Positions 37,506 through 45,913 of a stretch of 57,107 nt of DNA are shown one piece after another. The position numbers were made by a program, and so were the translations under genes. The stretch covers positions 1 through 57,107 of the IMG/VR virus record IMGVR_UViG_3300021407_000002; one strand, written 5' to 3'. The notes beneath the pieces were generated by a model. The model made no database searches, had not been told where the DNA came from, and was given only the letters and a program-made list of their open reading frames with translations. This DNA comes from a virus. Its lineage: Duplodnaviria; Caudoviricetes. Numbering within the stretch: the stretch's first letter is position 1; every line of letters begins with the position of its first letter.

Positions 37506-37741
37506 GCCTGCCGCCAGGCCAGCAGGCGACCATCGTCAAGGTCCAGTTGCCACTATCGCCGGAGCTGCGAACCGGCCCGGCCCTGATCTATGATGAGGAA
37601 CGCCAGCACATGCAGGCACGCAAGCTGACCCAGGCAGAGCACAAGCTCGTGGGCCGGGGATTGAAAGCCTACTGCTCGGCCTGGTGGCATGGGGCGATCG
37701 GCTGGGTGCTGCTGGAACGCGCACCGAAACAGCGGTGGTAA
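37502..37741 (+). CDS. Hypothetical protein
   Basis: Coupled ORF. Confidence 0.6.
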   Translation: MSLPPGQQATIVKVQLPLSPELRTGPALIYDEERQHMQARKLTQAEHKLVGRGLKAYCSAWWHGAIGWVLLERAPKQRW

Positions 37742-37743
37742 GC

Positions 37744-38016
37744 ATGAAACCGATAACTGTTAGCGAAAAGCTGCGGCTCGCGCGTGGGTTCTGCAAGGCA
37801 TTGCAGGAAGCCGGAATGACGCCATCGGAAGGTTGCGTCTTGCTCGCGATAACTTATGCCATGTGGATCGAGGCCCAGCCAGACGGCAGTCCCGAGTTAT
37901 GCAGGGCAATGCTCGAACGCGCCCAGAAGACTGCGGCAGGGGCGTTCGAGCTGCTTCGCGCAGAACGCAAGACGACCCAAGAGATGCTCGAAGAGGCAGC
38001 GCGGGCGGTGAACTAA
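37744..38016 (+). CDS. Hypothetical protein
   Basis: Coupled ORF. Confidence 0.6.
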   Translation: MKPITVSEKLRLARGFCKALQEAGMTPSEGCVLLAITYAMWIEAQPDGSPELCRAMLERAQKTAAGAFELLRAERKTTQEMLEEAARAVN

Positions 38017-38690
38017 TGGCGCAGTCTCCACTGTTGACCGTTCATATGCCGGGCCGGATCGCCACGTTGCGGCGCGATCATCGAGGGTATCCCGTGCCGT
38101 TCTTCGTCCAGTGGGTTAAAGGCAAGCCAGAATTCCCGTTGTTCGATCCGGTCAAGTGGAAACGCTGCGTCGGGCAAAAGCTGTGCTGGATATGTGGCCA
38201 CAAGCTCGGCCAACACCTGGCTTTCGCTGTCGGCCCCATGTGCACCATAAACCGGGTGAGCAGTGAGCCACCCCAGCACCGCGAGTGCGCCGAGTATGCA
38301 ATGAAGGTCTGCCCGTTCCTCATCAACCCAGCAATGCGCCGCGTGCCCACCGAGAAGTTCGGCCAGGTCAAGCCGCCCGGTGGGATCATGTTCGAAGGCA
38401 ATCCCGGCGTGATGGCGCTATGGGTCACGCCGCGCTTTTCAATCCTGCGGACCCCGACCGGGCCGATTATCGAGATGGGCGAGCCGTCCAAAGTTGACTG
38501 GTTTACCCGAGGCAGGCCGGCTACTGCAGCGGAGGCCGCCGAGGCGTTCAAGGCAGGCTCGATCAGGCTGCTGGCGGCCGCAGACGCCGAGGCCGGCGAG
38601 GCGGGTATTTTAGAGCTGATCAGGCTCCTGATCCCGGCACGCTTGCTGCTGCCGGATCCGAACCTGGTGGTCGAGTTTTCTGCATCGTGA
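38016..38690 (+). CDS. Cys/His-rich phage protein
   Basis: GYPVPFFV..LCWICG..EPPQHRECA..CPFL. Confidence 0.7.
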   Translation: MAQSPLLTVHMPGRIATLRRDHRGYPVPFFVQWVKGKPEFPLFDPVKWKRCVGQKLCWICGHKLGQHLAFAVGPMCTINRVSSEPPQHRECAEYAMKVCPFLINPAMRRVPTEKFGQVKPPGGIMFEGNPGVMALWVTPRFSILRTPTGPIIEMGEPSKVDWFTRGRPATAAEAAEAFKAGSIRLLAAADAEAGEAGILELIRLLIPARLLLPDPNLVVEFSAS

Positions 38691-39052
38691 CCCAGCGCGA
38701 CCTGGCCCTGATGTCGGCGACCGCGATCCGGCTTGCTGATGGGATCACCAGGCTGCAACGCCTCGCGACAAGCGACGGGTGCGAACTGGTGCTCAGCCGA
38801 CAAGCAATGGCACTGGTCGAGCAATTCGACTTGCTGCGCCACTACCTGCGGCAGGCCGCGCTGGTGGAGGCGATCAGCGCGGCACCCCCTGGGGTAGCAG
38901 GGCCCGACGCGAAGCAGGCTCAGGCCGCGCGGAAAACCGCCCTAGCGATGACGGGCAAGGCGGCTGGGGGGCGTGCGCGAGCTGACAAGCTGTCAGCAGC
39001 ACGGCGCAGAGCGATTGCCAGCAAGGCCGCGCAGGCCAGGTGGACGAAATGA
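38687..39052 (+). CDS. Hypothetical protein with basic C-terminal motif
   Basis: GGRARADKLSAARRRAIASKAAQARW. Confidence 0.6.
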   Translation: MTQRDLALMSATAIRLADGITRLQRLATSDGCELVLSRQAMALVEQFDLLRHYLRQAALVEAISAAPPGVAGPDAKQAQAARKTALAMTGKAAGGRARADKLSAARRRAIASKAAQARWTK

Positions 39053-39291
39053 ATGATCGCCTCGACCAGATCCGGATCGAACGACTGGCGCACCAGCTCA
39101 TGCTGCTGGCCAGGGACCACCTGCGGGCCGGTCCCACCCATCGGGATCGGGTTTATGAAGTGCTGAGCGCGCTGGCCATGGTGACCGGGGTCATGCTCGC
39201 AGGCACCCAGAGCACGGGGACCGAGGATACGGCCGAACTGTTCTTCGAGCTGGCCATGCGCCAGCAGCTCGCCGCTAGCAGGGTGCAATAG
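39049..39291 (+). CDS. Hypothetical protein
   Basis: ATGA-coupled. Confidence 0.6.
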   Translation: MNDRLDQIRIERLAHQLMLLARDHLRAGPTHRDRVYEVLSALAMVTGVMLAGTQSTGTEDTAELFFELAMRQQLAASRVQ

Positions 39292-39308
39292 GACGAGGGG
39301 GGGCAACT

Positions 39309-39428
39309 ATGCTGACGGATCGACGGCGTCGGTTCTGGCGCATGGTGACCGGGGGTGCGTTCGACCTGGCAATCGCCCTTGCCGGCGCGGCATTGATCGC
39401 GGCCATGGTGCTGATGCTGCGCCGCTAG
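39309..39428 (+). CDS. 39-aa single-TM protein
   Basis: MLTDRRRRFWRMVTGGAFDLAIALAGAALIAAMVLMLRR; GAGGGGGG upstream. Confidence 0.45.
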   Translation: MLTDRRRRFWRMVTGGAFDLAIALAGAALIAAMVLMLRR

Positions 39429-39438
39429 GCGTGTCCAT

Positions 39439-39466
39439 TTTTGCCCCCTCATTTGAGGGGGCAAAA
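39439..39466. repeat. 12-bp perfect inverted repeat between convergent genes
   Basis: TTTTGCCCCCTC-ATTT-GAGGGGGCAAAA. Confidence 0.75.
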
Positions 39467-39478
39467 GTGAACAGGCGA

Positions 39479-40123
39479 TCAGGTAGCCGAGCGACGGCGG
39501 ATAAAGCCAAGCCCTGCCAGGCCGACGCCAAGCAGTGCCAGGGTGGCAGGCTCAGGCACCGGCGAGGCCGAGAAGTTGCCGGCGATGCTGGACGCGAAGC
39601 TCGCCAGGGTGGTGCCGTCGATCCCCGCGCCCGGGGTCACGTCGATGAAGCTGAGCGAGAGACCTTCAGGCTTGCCGAGAAGATCCGCGGCGATCACACC
39701 CGAATTGAAGGACACCGACTCAGGCGGGTCCGCAGCAGTGAGCGAGAGGCTGTCACCGATGCCGAACACCGCGTCGGTGAAAGAACCGCTCAGGTAGTTG
39801 GTCAGTCCCGCCCTGATCGAGAACGTGCCGTCGAAAGCCTGGGTAACGTGACCAGCGACGGTCGAAGCAGCTCCGACGCTAGTGGCGAGCAGGGTGAGAG
39901 ATGCGGACTTCGGGACTGCCACCGCTGCGTCGATCTGGGTGATGTCAATACCGATGCCAGTGCCGAAGATCGTGGTGGACGTTCCGGCACCATTGGCAGT
40001 CGCGTGGATCGTATCGGCGTCGCCCACCTGGCCCATGGTCAGGATGGTCGTGGCGTGAGCTGGCAGGGCCGCCAGGGCAATGAGCGCGGCCGTGGTGAGT
40101 AGCGTGGTTCGTAGCCTGGTCAT
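39479..40123 (-). CDS. PEP-CTERM sorting-domain surface protein
   Basis: Signal peptide ending AHA; C-terminal VPEPATLALLGVGLAGLGFIRRR; GGAGG RBS. Confidence 0.92.
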   Translation of the reverse strand: MTRLRTTLLTTAALIALAALPAHATTILTMGQVGDADTIHATANGAGTSTTIFGTGIGIDITQIDAAVAVPKSASLTLLATSVGAASTVAGHVTQAFDGTFSIRAGLTNYLSGSFTDAVFGIGDSLSLTAADPPESVSFNSGVIAADLLGKPEGLSLSFIDVTPGAGIDGTTLASFASSIAGNFSASPVPEPATLALLGVGLAGLGFIRRRSAT

Positions 40124-40364
40124 TGGTAACCTCCGGTTGCTTGCGCGGACCGCAAGGGGGTCGCGCTAGACCAGTGGTGCAACAATCGTGCTTGGGTGGG
40201 GATGTTCAGACGAATCAACGCCCTCCGAGGAAATGCACGGCGTGCACGTTGGCCCGGTGTAAAGTTTCCCGACGCGCAAAAGCAGCCCGGGCCAGTGGGA
40301 CTGACAGGGTTCCGCCGTTTTCAGCCTGGCTGGCGTCCAATGGGGTGTAAAGTCTGCCGACTCC

Positions 40365-40538
40365 TCAGAACACGCCCAGCAGCGCCGCATAGAGCACCCC
40401 AGCCAGGGCCAGGCACACCAGGCCCACTAGCTGGCAGCTCCACGGTTGATGCGCCCAGGCAGCGTTATAGGGCCAGCGCGGGGACAGCGCGATGATCGCC
40501 ACGATGGCCAGGTTCAACAGTAGAGCACGCTTGATCAT
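40365..40538 (-). CDS. Small membrane protein, DUF3309-like
   Basis: TM-PRWPYNAAWAHQP-TM. Confidence 0.55.
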   Translation of the reverse strand: MIKRALLLNLAIVAIIALSPRWPYNAAWAHQPWSCQLVGLVCLALAGVLYAALLGVF

Positions 40539-40569
40539 GTGTGCTTCAAGCAGGCTTCGCGGTCTGGTG

Positions 40570-40782
40570 TCATGGGTGGGGTGCCTGCAATTGGATGACG
40601 ATCGGTTGCGGTGGACGTGGCGGATAAATCCAATCACCGAGACGGCTTGCTGCCGCGATAGCTGCCGCAGCGATCAGGATCATGGCAATTGCTTTGGGGG
40701 TTTCCCAGCGGAGCTGCGTAGTGCGCAGCGCAACGTCCAGGTGCAATAGCTCCCGTTTCAGTCTGTCATCTAAATCGCTCAT
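40570..40782 (-). CDS. Small single-TM protein
   Basis: WETPKAIAMILIAAAAIAAA..PPQPIVIQL. Confidence 0.55.
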   Translation of the reverse strand: MSDLDDRLKRELLHLDVALRTTQLRWETPKAIAMILIAAAAIAAASRLGDWIYPPRPPQPIVIQLQAPHP

Positions 40783-40809
40783 GTCAAACGAACCCCTGGC
40801 CATCTGCCC

Positions 40810-40828
40810 GGTGCCCAGGATCGGACTC
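40810..40828 (-). other. Putative attP core (3' end of a tRNA-Leu-like gene)
   Basis: Minus strand GAGT-CCGAT-CCTGGGC-A-CC parses as T-loop end, T-stem, acceptor strand, discriminator, CC; about 330 bp upstream of integrase. Confidence 0.55.
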
Positions 40829-40858
40829 CGGGGGTGGCCAGGGTAGCAGAGCTGGACG

Positions 40859-40875
40859 CTTGCATCCACTGCAAG
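40859..40875. promoter_or_regulatory. Putative repressor operator
   Basis: CTTGCA-TCCAC-TGCAAG. Confidence 0.65.
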
Positions 40876-41066
40876 CGCCCCAGGGGGCAAAAACTATGCA
40901 CCAGGTCACACATGAGCCACGGGCAAGGCTCAAGGACGAGTGCTAAGGCACTCTAAAGGCTCACAAAAATCCCAGACCTGGGCATTGTTCACCACAATAC
41001 CTAGACCAGCCTCAGGCGTCAGTATGCGGAGGGTGTTTGCCTTGCTTTTCTGTAGCTTAGCGGGTA

Positions 41067-41088
41067 ATAGGCTTGCAGGCAATGCAAG
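41067..41088 (+). repeat. 22-bp direct repeat containing operator, copy 1
   Basis: ATAGGCTTGCAGGCAATGCAAG, identical to 42419-42440. Confidence 0.9.
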
Positions 41089-41155
41089 GAGGCCACGTGC
41101 TACCGCAGCGAAACTATACATCAGTCACACACCAACCCCTCGAAGGAAACCACCC

Positions 41156-42478
41156 GTGAATTCCCATAACAAGTTATCGAAATTATGCAACGGCCTCGAC
41201 GTGCAGCGCGCCAAGGCCATCGACAAGCCGATCACGCTGCGCTTCGGTCATGGCCTGTTCCTCCACGTGACACCAGCCGGCACCAAGTCGTGGCGCTGCC
41301 AGTATCAGTCTGGCGGGCGAAACACCAATCACCACCTCGGGCACTATCTGCCAGACGGGTCCGGCATGTCCTTGGCTGATGCCAGGCTGGCGCGCGCTCA
41401 GGTCCGCAAGACGGTCAAGGATGGCGGTAACCCAGCAGTCGACAAGCTGGCCGACAAGACCGCCAGGCAGAAGGCCGACGCGGCCACGTTCGAGAGTATC
41501 GCCCTCGCCTGGCACGAAGCATGCGCGCGGAGATGGTCAGAAGGCTTCGCGGACCACGTTATGCTGCGGTTGCGCAAGCATGTGTTTCCGGTGCTGGGCA
41601 AGCTGCCGGTCGCGCGATTCTCGTTCAAGCACGCTGAGCACCTGCTCGCTAGCGTGCTCAGTGTTGCCCCAGCTCAGGCCGTGCATGTGAAGCAACACAT
41701 GAGCGGGGTGCTGGACTATGCCCGCATTCAAGGACTGGTGCCGTTCAATCCTTTACGCGACGGCGCCAGCAGGTTCCTGCCAAAGCGTGACCGTGGCGCT
41801 GAGCAGCACCAGCCCAGGGCCGAGACCATCGAGGCAGCGCGCGCAGTCCTGCGAGCAGTCGAGACCAGCCAGGCGGGCGCGACCGTCAAGCTGATGCATC
41901 GGTTGATGGCACTCACCGCATTGCGCAAGAATGAAATGATCGGCGCGCGCTGGGATGAATTCAGCTTCGGCTTGTGGACCATCCCCTGGCAACGCATGAA
42001 AGCCAAGCGCGACCACCTGGTGCCGCTATCGCCACAGGCTGAGGAAGTGGTCGCGGCGGCGCGGATGCTCGCCAAGACACTCAATCGATCGAACGATCTG
42101 GTATTTCCGAGCTTGGAAACTGGCCTCGCCCAGAACCGCAACACGATCAACGATTGCATGGGGCGGGCACTGGTGCGCAACGGCATGGCCAGCAATGCCC
42201 ACGTGCCGCACGGCTGGCGCGGGACCTTCTCGACCATCATGAACGATCGCTACCCAGTCGGCGGTTATGACCGGCTGATTGAGATGAACCTCGCACACCA
42301 GGTCCAAGGCGTGACGGCAGCGAGCTATAACTCTGCTGAGCACGTGCCATCGCGCCGCGCGCTGTTCTGCGAGTGGGCGGACCTGCTGCTGGTCGGCGCG
42401 CAAGATGCTTTCACGCTCATAGGCTTGCAGGCAATGCAAGTGACCGATAACGTCGTAACGCTCAGGGAGGCCGCATAA
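41156..42478 (+). CDS. int: Tyrosine integrase, P4-like with arm-binding domain
   Basis: GLFLHVTPAGTKSW; catalytic ALRKNE, MK, HGWR, LAH, SYN; AAGGA before GTG. Confidence 0.93.
   Translation: MNSHNKLSKLCNGLDVQRAKAIDKPITLRFGHGLFLHVTPAGTKSWRCQYQSGGRNTNHHLGHYLPDGSGMSLADARLARAQVRKTVKDGGNPAVDKLADKTARQKADAATFESIALAWHEACARRWSEGFADHVMLRLRKHVFPVLGKLPVARFSFKHAEHLLASVLSVAPAQAVHVKQHMSGVLDYARIQGLVPFNPLRDGASRFLPKRDRGAEQHQPRAETIEAARAVLRAVETSQAGATVKLMHRLMALTALRKNEMIGARWDEFSFGLWTIPWQRMKAKRDHLVPLSPQAEEVVAAARMLAKTLNRSNDLVFPSLETGLAQNRNTINDCMGRALVRNGMASNAHVPHGWRGTFSTIMNDRYPVGGYDRLIEMNLAHQVQGVTAASYNSAEHVPSRRALFCEWADLLLVGAQDAFTLIGLQAMQVTDNVVTLREAA
42419..42453 (+). promoter_or_regulatory. 22-bp repeat copy 2 / operator overlapping a sigma70-like promoter inside the int 3' end
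   Basis: TTGCAG(42425)-N17-TAACGT(42448). Confidence 0.6.
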
Positions 42479-42783
42479 TGTCACTAATCACCAATGAATT
42501 CCGCGCAGCAGTCGAGGCGAAAGCCCACGTCTTCTACATCGACAAGGTAATGTGCCAGCGGTGGAACGCCCACCGCCAGCCTAACCAGCCTCGGCTGCTG
42601 ACGGGCTGGTGCTGGGAAGCCAAGCGATCAAAGGACGATTACCGCACCGGGATCAAAACACCCACAGGTGCATATATCGATGCTTGGTATGCCCTGGTGC
42701 TGCATGAGGCACCCCCGCGCATAGGTCGCTCAGCCGCACGCCTGCGCGTCGTGGCCGATAGCTCGCAGGGGGTGGCGGCATGA
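42478..42783 (+). CDS. Hypothetical protein
   Basis: GGAGG upstream; TAATG overlap. Confidence 0.65.
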   Translation: MSLITNEFRAAVEAKAHVFYIDKVMCQRWNAHRQPNQPRLLTGWCWEAKRSKDDYRTGIKTPTGAYIDAWYALVLHEAPPRIGRSAARLRVVADSSQGVAA

Positions 42784-43307
42784 CCCAGGGGATGAGAGGA
42801 ACGGCCCGCAAGCCGTCCCCGAAGCAGATTGCCAAGTATGGCCACATCGCCGTGGTGATCCGTCGTGAGCTGGACCGACGCAAGTGGTCAGTGCCGGACC
42901 TTAGTCAAAAGCTCGGCCTAAAACGCACGTCGGCGACGGCATACCATTGGGCGCTCGGCCTGGGAGCACCCACCCCCGAATATCGTGCCAAGATGGCCCA
43001 CCTGCTCGGCATACCGGAAACAGACTTGATCGCTCGACCGCTCGACCAGGAACACTTGCCGGTCGTGGCCGCCCCAACGCACCCAACGGTCGTGCAGGTC
43101 CCTACGCATCCCACGGTCGCGATGGGTAAGCAGGTGCTGCGCGCAGCAGGGCTGGCAGGCGACGTGCTGGGGTTCAGCGTTGGCACTGATGGTATGGCCA
43201 GGCTGCGGCTCGACGTCACCCTGCCTCTCGACCAGGCGGCCCCCCTGCTGCGGGTGCTGCTTGACGCTGGGGTCGTCCTGGGGAGGGTCCAGAACGATGG
43301 CGAGTGA
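42780..43307 (+). CDS. XRE-like HTH protein
   Basis: ELDRRKWSVPDLSQKLG..YHWALG..MAHLLGI. Confidence 0.7.
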   Translation: MTQGMRGTARKPSPKQIAKYGHIAVVIRRELDRRKWSVPDLSQKLGLKRTSATAYHWALGLGAPTPEYRAKMAHLLGIPETDLIARPLDQEHLPVVAAPTHPTVVQVPTHPTVAMGKQVLRAAGLAGDVLGFSVGTDGMARLRLDVTLPLDQAAPLLRVLLDAGVVLGRVQNDGE

Positions 43308-43512
43308 CATGCTGGACCAAGTGACGCTGGACTATGCGGCGGCTCACATTAAGGCCAGGGCAGAAGCAGAACGGCTCATGCGGGATAGTGCCCGCAGGGG
43401 TGGGCAACTGGACCTGTCGCAAGCCCACGGTGATCGGGCGGCTGCCTTGGATGAGGCGGCCGCCGCTGTTCTCCTGCTGGCCAGTGTCGAGGCGTGCGAT
43501 GCTGGCCGATGA
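43297..43512 (+). CDS. Hypothetical protein
   Basis: GGAGG upstream; overlaps neighbours. Confidence 0.55.
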   Translation: MASDMLDQVTLDYAAAHIKARAEAERLMRDSARRGGQLDLSQAHGDRAAALDEAAAAVLLLASVEACDAGR

Positions 43513-44488
43513 GCTGCTAAACCAAGCCGGAACGCAGGACGATCAGATTTTTGGCGGGGCGTTCACTGAGCTGGCCAAAGCGCTGCGGCACGCACAGCGG
43601 TTCGATTTTTCGCCAGACGTGATGCGGTCGGCCTTTACCGTCGCGCACTCACCGATCCCCGGGCAGCTCCGCGCCCTGCCCCTGACGAAACTGCCGTTCC
43701 GGCTGTGCTGGTTCGAATGGCCTGGCGGCTTTTCTGGCGACCCTTCCGCGCGGACTGATTGTTACGCTCCGGTGCCCAAGCGCCTCGGTGCCCTGGTCGA
43801 GACTGATGAAAGTATGCAACGCGGCGCGATGGTCTATGCCTGGCTGCATCCTGACCAGGGTGCGAACATCTGCCCGATCGCGGTGACCTTCGACTGGCGG
43901 CCCGAACCAGCACCCCTGCCGGATCTCAGCCATGCTGACCTATGGGGCAAAGGTATGTCCGATCAATGGTGGCGGGAACAGGCGCTGCTATTCCCGCGCC
44001 TTCGTGGTGCCATGCCAGGCGACGTGATGGATGACCACCGGCGCTTCGGGCTGGTCATCAACCCAATGATGAAGCGGTTTATGGATTATGCCGTGTCTCA
44101 CGCTCATGGCGGTTACGAAAAGCTACTCAATGCCGCGATGGAGGACGTTAAAGGCGAACCTGTCCTGCTGCGGGCGGCGCTCATGCTGCTGAACTCCCGC
44201 AACCTCGCGATGCGTGAATTCCACCCTGTGCAGCCGCGCCTAAACGCTGCCAGGGCACGCCGCGGCAAGGCCCCGCTATTGCCCTACACCCACGTTCGCA
44301 TAGCGCTGACGCGAGCCCTGGGCGAGCGGGCGGGCATGGCTGCTGACCCTCGCGCGCCGGCCAGGCTCCACCTGGTGCGCGGGCACTTCAAAATTCGAGC
44401 TGGTGGAATTTTCTGGTGGGCACCCCATGCCAGGGGTCACGCGACCCAGGGTGAGGTTCGCACCCAGCACCACAGCGTGGCAGTATGA
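43499..44488 (+). CDS. Hypothetical protein with C-terminal HxVRGH..WW.PH.RG motif
   Basis: 329 aa; LPFRLCWFE and HLVRGHFK motifs. Confidence 0.7.
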   Translation: MLADELLNQAGTQDDQIFGGAFTELAKALRHAQRFDFSPDVMRSAFTVAHSPIPGQLRALPLTKLPFRLCWFEWPGGFSGDPSARTDCYAPVPKRLGALVETDESMQRGAMVYAWLHPDQGANICPIAVTFDWRPEPAPLPDLSHADLWGKGMSDQWWREQALLFPRLRGAMPGDVMDDHRRFGLVINPMMKRFMDYAVSHAHGGYEKLLNAAMEDVKGEPVLLRAALMLLNSRNLAMREFHPVQPRLNAARARRGKAPLLPYTHVRIALTRALGERAGMAADPRAPARLHLVRGHFKIRAGGIFWWAPHARGHATQGEVRTQHHSVAV

Positions 44489-44769
44489 GCGCCAACCCGA
44501 TCATGATCCCACATTGTGGCTACATGGCGCGGCTGCATTGGCGACTGCGCGAGCGCCTTCCGATGTGGGTGGTCTACCGACCGACGACGCGCGAGTATCC
44601 TGGCAGGTGGGTGGCGCGGATGCATGTCACCCTGCCAGAGCCTAAGCCTACCCGGTTCGTGCTCATCCACGACACTCTTGCGGAATTGCGTGAGCTGCTG
44701 CCGTTGGGCTTAACGCAGCTCGCTCGCGCCCCAGCAGACGTGCCTGAGATCGAGGAAACCTGGTTGTAG
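44485..44769 (+). CDS. Hypothetical protein
   Basis: WVVYRP..YPGRWVAR..LPLGL..IEETWL. Confidence 0.65.
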   Translation: MSANPIMIPHCGYMARLHWRLRERLPMWVVYRPTTREYPGRWVARMHVTLPEPKPTRFVLIHDTLAELRELLPLGLTQLARAPADVPEIEETWL

Positions 44770-44890
44770 CCAGGACAGCCCCCTGGCCTCGCTACAGGCC
44801 ACCAGGGCCAGGCCAGGGGCAACCAGCCAGGCGAGACACCCGACAGCCCTGCAGCGATCCCAGGGCCGTCGGGCAACCTCGTCTAGCCGT

Positions 44891-45349
44891 TTAGCGGCGG
44901 CGCGTCGGGTCTACTTCCGGCCCTTGTGGCCGTTCCGGCAGGTGGATCGCGTTCAGGTCCACGACCACCCAGCGCCAACCATACTCCGGGATCCGGCAGG
45001 CAGCGAAGAACAGGCGCTTCGGCAACGGCTGGCCAGGCCCTGGCGGTGGCAGTGACGGGCCAGCTCCACCACCTGGTGGACGGATCGGCGGCCAGACCTC
45101 GCCGGGTTCCCAGGGACGCTCGCCACCTGGTGGCACCGGGAAGATCGGGAAGTCCGGACCTTCCAGCGGCGGCCAGACGCCGGGCGGGTCGGGCATATCG
45201 GGCGGCTCGACTTCCGGCCCCTCACCCTCGGGCAGGCCCCACTCGGGAGTCTGGTCCTCTTCCTCACCTGGCAGGCCCTGGTCGGGCCGATGCCCGTGGC
45301 GGCGGACTTTGCGCAGGCGAACGAAGCCGGCAATGCGAGCTAGTGGCAT
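44891..45349 (-). CDS. Proline-rich protein
   Basis: PDQGLP, VWPP repeats; AAGGGA upstream. Confidence 0.65.
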   Translation of the reverse strand: MPLARIAGFVRLRKVRRHGHRPDQGLPGEEEDQTPEWGLPEGEGPEVEPPDMPDPPGVWPPLEGPDFPIFPVPPGGERPWEPGEVWPPIRPPGGGAGPSLPPPGPGQPLPKRLFFAACRIPEYGWRWVVVDLNAIHLPERPQGPEVDPTRRR

Positions 45350-45496
45350 GGCGATGGTCCCTTTCACTGATGGAGTTTTGTGCTTGCAGATGCCGTAAGA
45401 AAGGCCGACTCGGCCGGCATCGATCCCCATCAACACCGATCACGGCGGGAACGCAAGTCCGCAGGAAACCTCGGGCGCTTTGCAGTCATCGATCTG

Positions 45497-45895
45497 TCAC
45501 GCCGCCACCCTTGCTGCCTCGGGATCAGCGGTCTCAATTGCATAGAATGCATCCCCGTCATTGACCGCCTGGCCAGCACCGCCGCGAAAGCGGATCGTTC
45601 GCATCTGCACAACGTGGCCCACCCACTGATCCCAGACCAGCAAGCCGACAGGATCAGCGCCGACCAGAATCGCTGCATGGGAGCGGCCCGAGGTATCGTT
45701 TTCATACCTGCCACCAGCATCGAAGGTCGCAATCGCGGTGCCGATCGGCAGGCCGCCATCGCGTGCCCTGGCCCCGCGCCGCCAGGTGGAAGTGTGCCCC
45801 AGCCCGCTCGCTTCACGGACATAGGCAACGCAATGACCATTGCCCACGACCTGGCCGCGATAGGATGCTGCGTTGGTGGCGATCCATTGTTGCAT
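45497..45895 (-). CDS. BPSL0067-family (NlpC/P60-like Cys-His) amidase, candidate endolysin
   Basis: VGNGHCVAYV, GTAIATF..GRY, SHAAI, VWDQW. Confidence 0.75.
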   Translation of the reverse strand: MQQWIATNAASYRGQVVGNGHCVAYVREASGLGHTSTWRRGARARDGGLPIGTAIATFDAGGRYENDTSGRSHAAILVGADPVGLLVWDQWVGHVVQMRTIRFRGGAGQAVNDGDAFYAIETADPEAARVAA

Positions 45896-45913
45896 TGTCG
45901 TGTCCTTCCGTTA

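Noticed and set aside
40780-40900. Complete tRNA gene
   Set aside because: Only the 3' 19 nt resemble a tRNA; there is no D or anticodon arm.
40940-41155. N-terminal extension of the integrase ORF
   Set aside because: The arm-binding domain and RBS point to GTG at 41156; the upstream region holds the operator repeat.
42460-42478. C-terminal Ala-Ala ClpXP degron on integrase and several other proteins
   Set aside because: These endings are explained by overlap with the next gene's GGAGGC-type RBS, so they cannot be supported from sequence alone.
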